DNA of 64,000 nt from Anaeramoeba ignava BMAN (taxonomy: Eukaryota; Protista; Anaeramoebae), in contig JAPDFW010000117.1 of NCBI GenBank assembly GCA_028826165.1, positions 1 to 64,000 on the forward strand, read 5' to 3'. Below are positions 63,610-64,000 of the stretch, piece after piece. The number at the start of each line of letters is the position of its first letter. Position 1 is the stretch's first letter. The position numbers were made by a program, and so were the translations under genes. Under the pieces are notes generated by a model, which ran no database searches, had not been told where the DNA came from, and worked only from the letters and a program-made list of their open reading frames with translations.

Positions 63610-64000
63610 CTAACAAAAATAAAATATTTAAAATAAATATTTAAAATAAATATTTAAAATAAAATATTCAAAATAAATATTCAAAATAAAATATTCAAAA
63701 AAATATTTAAAATAAATATTTAAAATAAAATAAAAATAAATATTCAAAATAAATATTCAAAAATAAATATTTAAAATAAAATATTTAAAAATATTCAAAA
63801 TAAATATCCAAAATAAATATTCAAAATTTAAATATTCAAAATAAATATTCAAAATAAATATTCAAAAAAAATCCAAAAATAAAAATAAATATTTAAAATA
63901 AATATTCAAAATAAATATTCAAAATAAATATTCAAAATCAAAAAAAAATTTATAAAAAAAATATTTCAAAAATATCAAAATCCAAAAAAATAAATATTCA

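Noticed and set aside
1-64000. Inteins, transposases or reverse transcriptases
   Set aside because: No Hint-domain C...HN motifs, homing endonuclease, DDE or RT motifs, and no terminal repeats were recognised by eye.

Overview
Extremely AT-rich, gene-dense eukaryotic nuclear DNA using the standard code (TAA, TAG and TGA all terminate genes). The style (poly-NQ/EN tracts, BTB-BACK-TLDc and RCC1-BTB families, GT-AG introns swollen with AAAATT/AAAATC microsatellite) suggests an Anaeramoeba-like anaerobic metamonad; this is inference only. Most long ORF-track entries (poly-IL/NF/KI/DF) are translated microsatellite, not proteins. Splicing by hand gives about 22 protein genes or fragments with 32 introns, plus one tRNA-Asp(GTC). 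The genes are: a DUSP-like pseudophosphatase, a STE20 kinase, ARFRP1, LIN-9/ALY, a MARK/SNF1 kinase, MTHFS, a ~1341-aa coiled-coil-fimbrin fusion, a secreted PSI-nitroreductase, an atypical Rac, a VNX1-like CAX, a TRAP-beta-like protein, two tandem PiT transporters, a pseudo-RNase T2, DNAJC21, CHMP7, a head-to-head BTB-TLDc/RCC1-BTB pair, a GPI beta-propeller, a BC-box LRR protein, an RCC1-BTB fragment and importin-alpha (partial). Best leads: (1) a dynein-adaptor-like CC1-box coiled coil fused to a fimbrin actin-bundling core; (2) seven apparently unrelated intergenic tandem arrays whose units are all about mono- or di-nucleosome length (145-175, ~316 bp); (3) a secreted PSI-nitroreductase fusion; (4) introns that expand and contract as microsatellites, seen directly between the PiT paralogues; (5) a Trichomonas-like TCATTTT initiator before most genes; (6) PiT paralogues with altered ion/substrate signatures. 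All family calls come from recalled motifs; no database search was run, and some single-base frameshifts are probably long-read errors.
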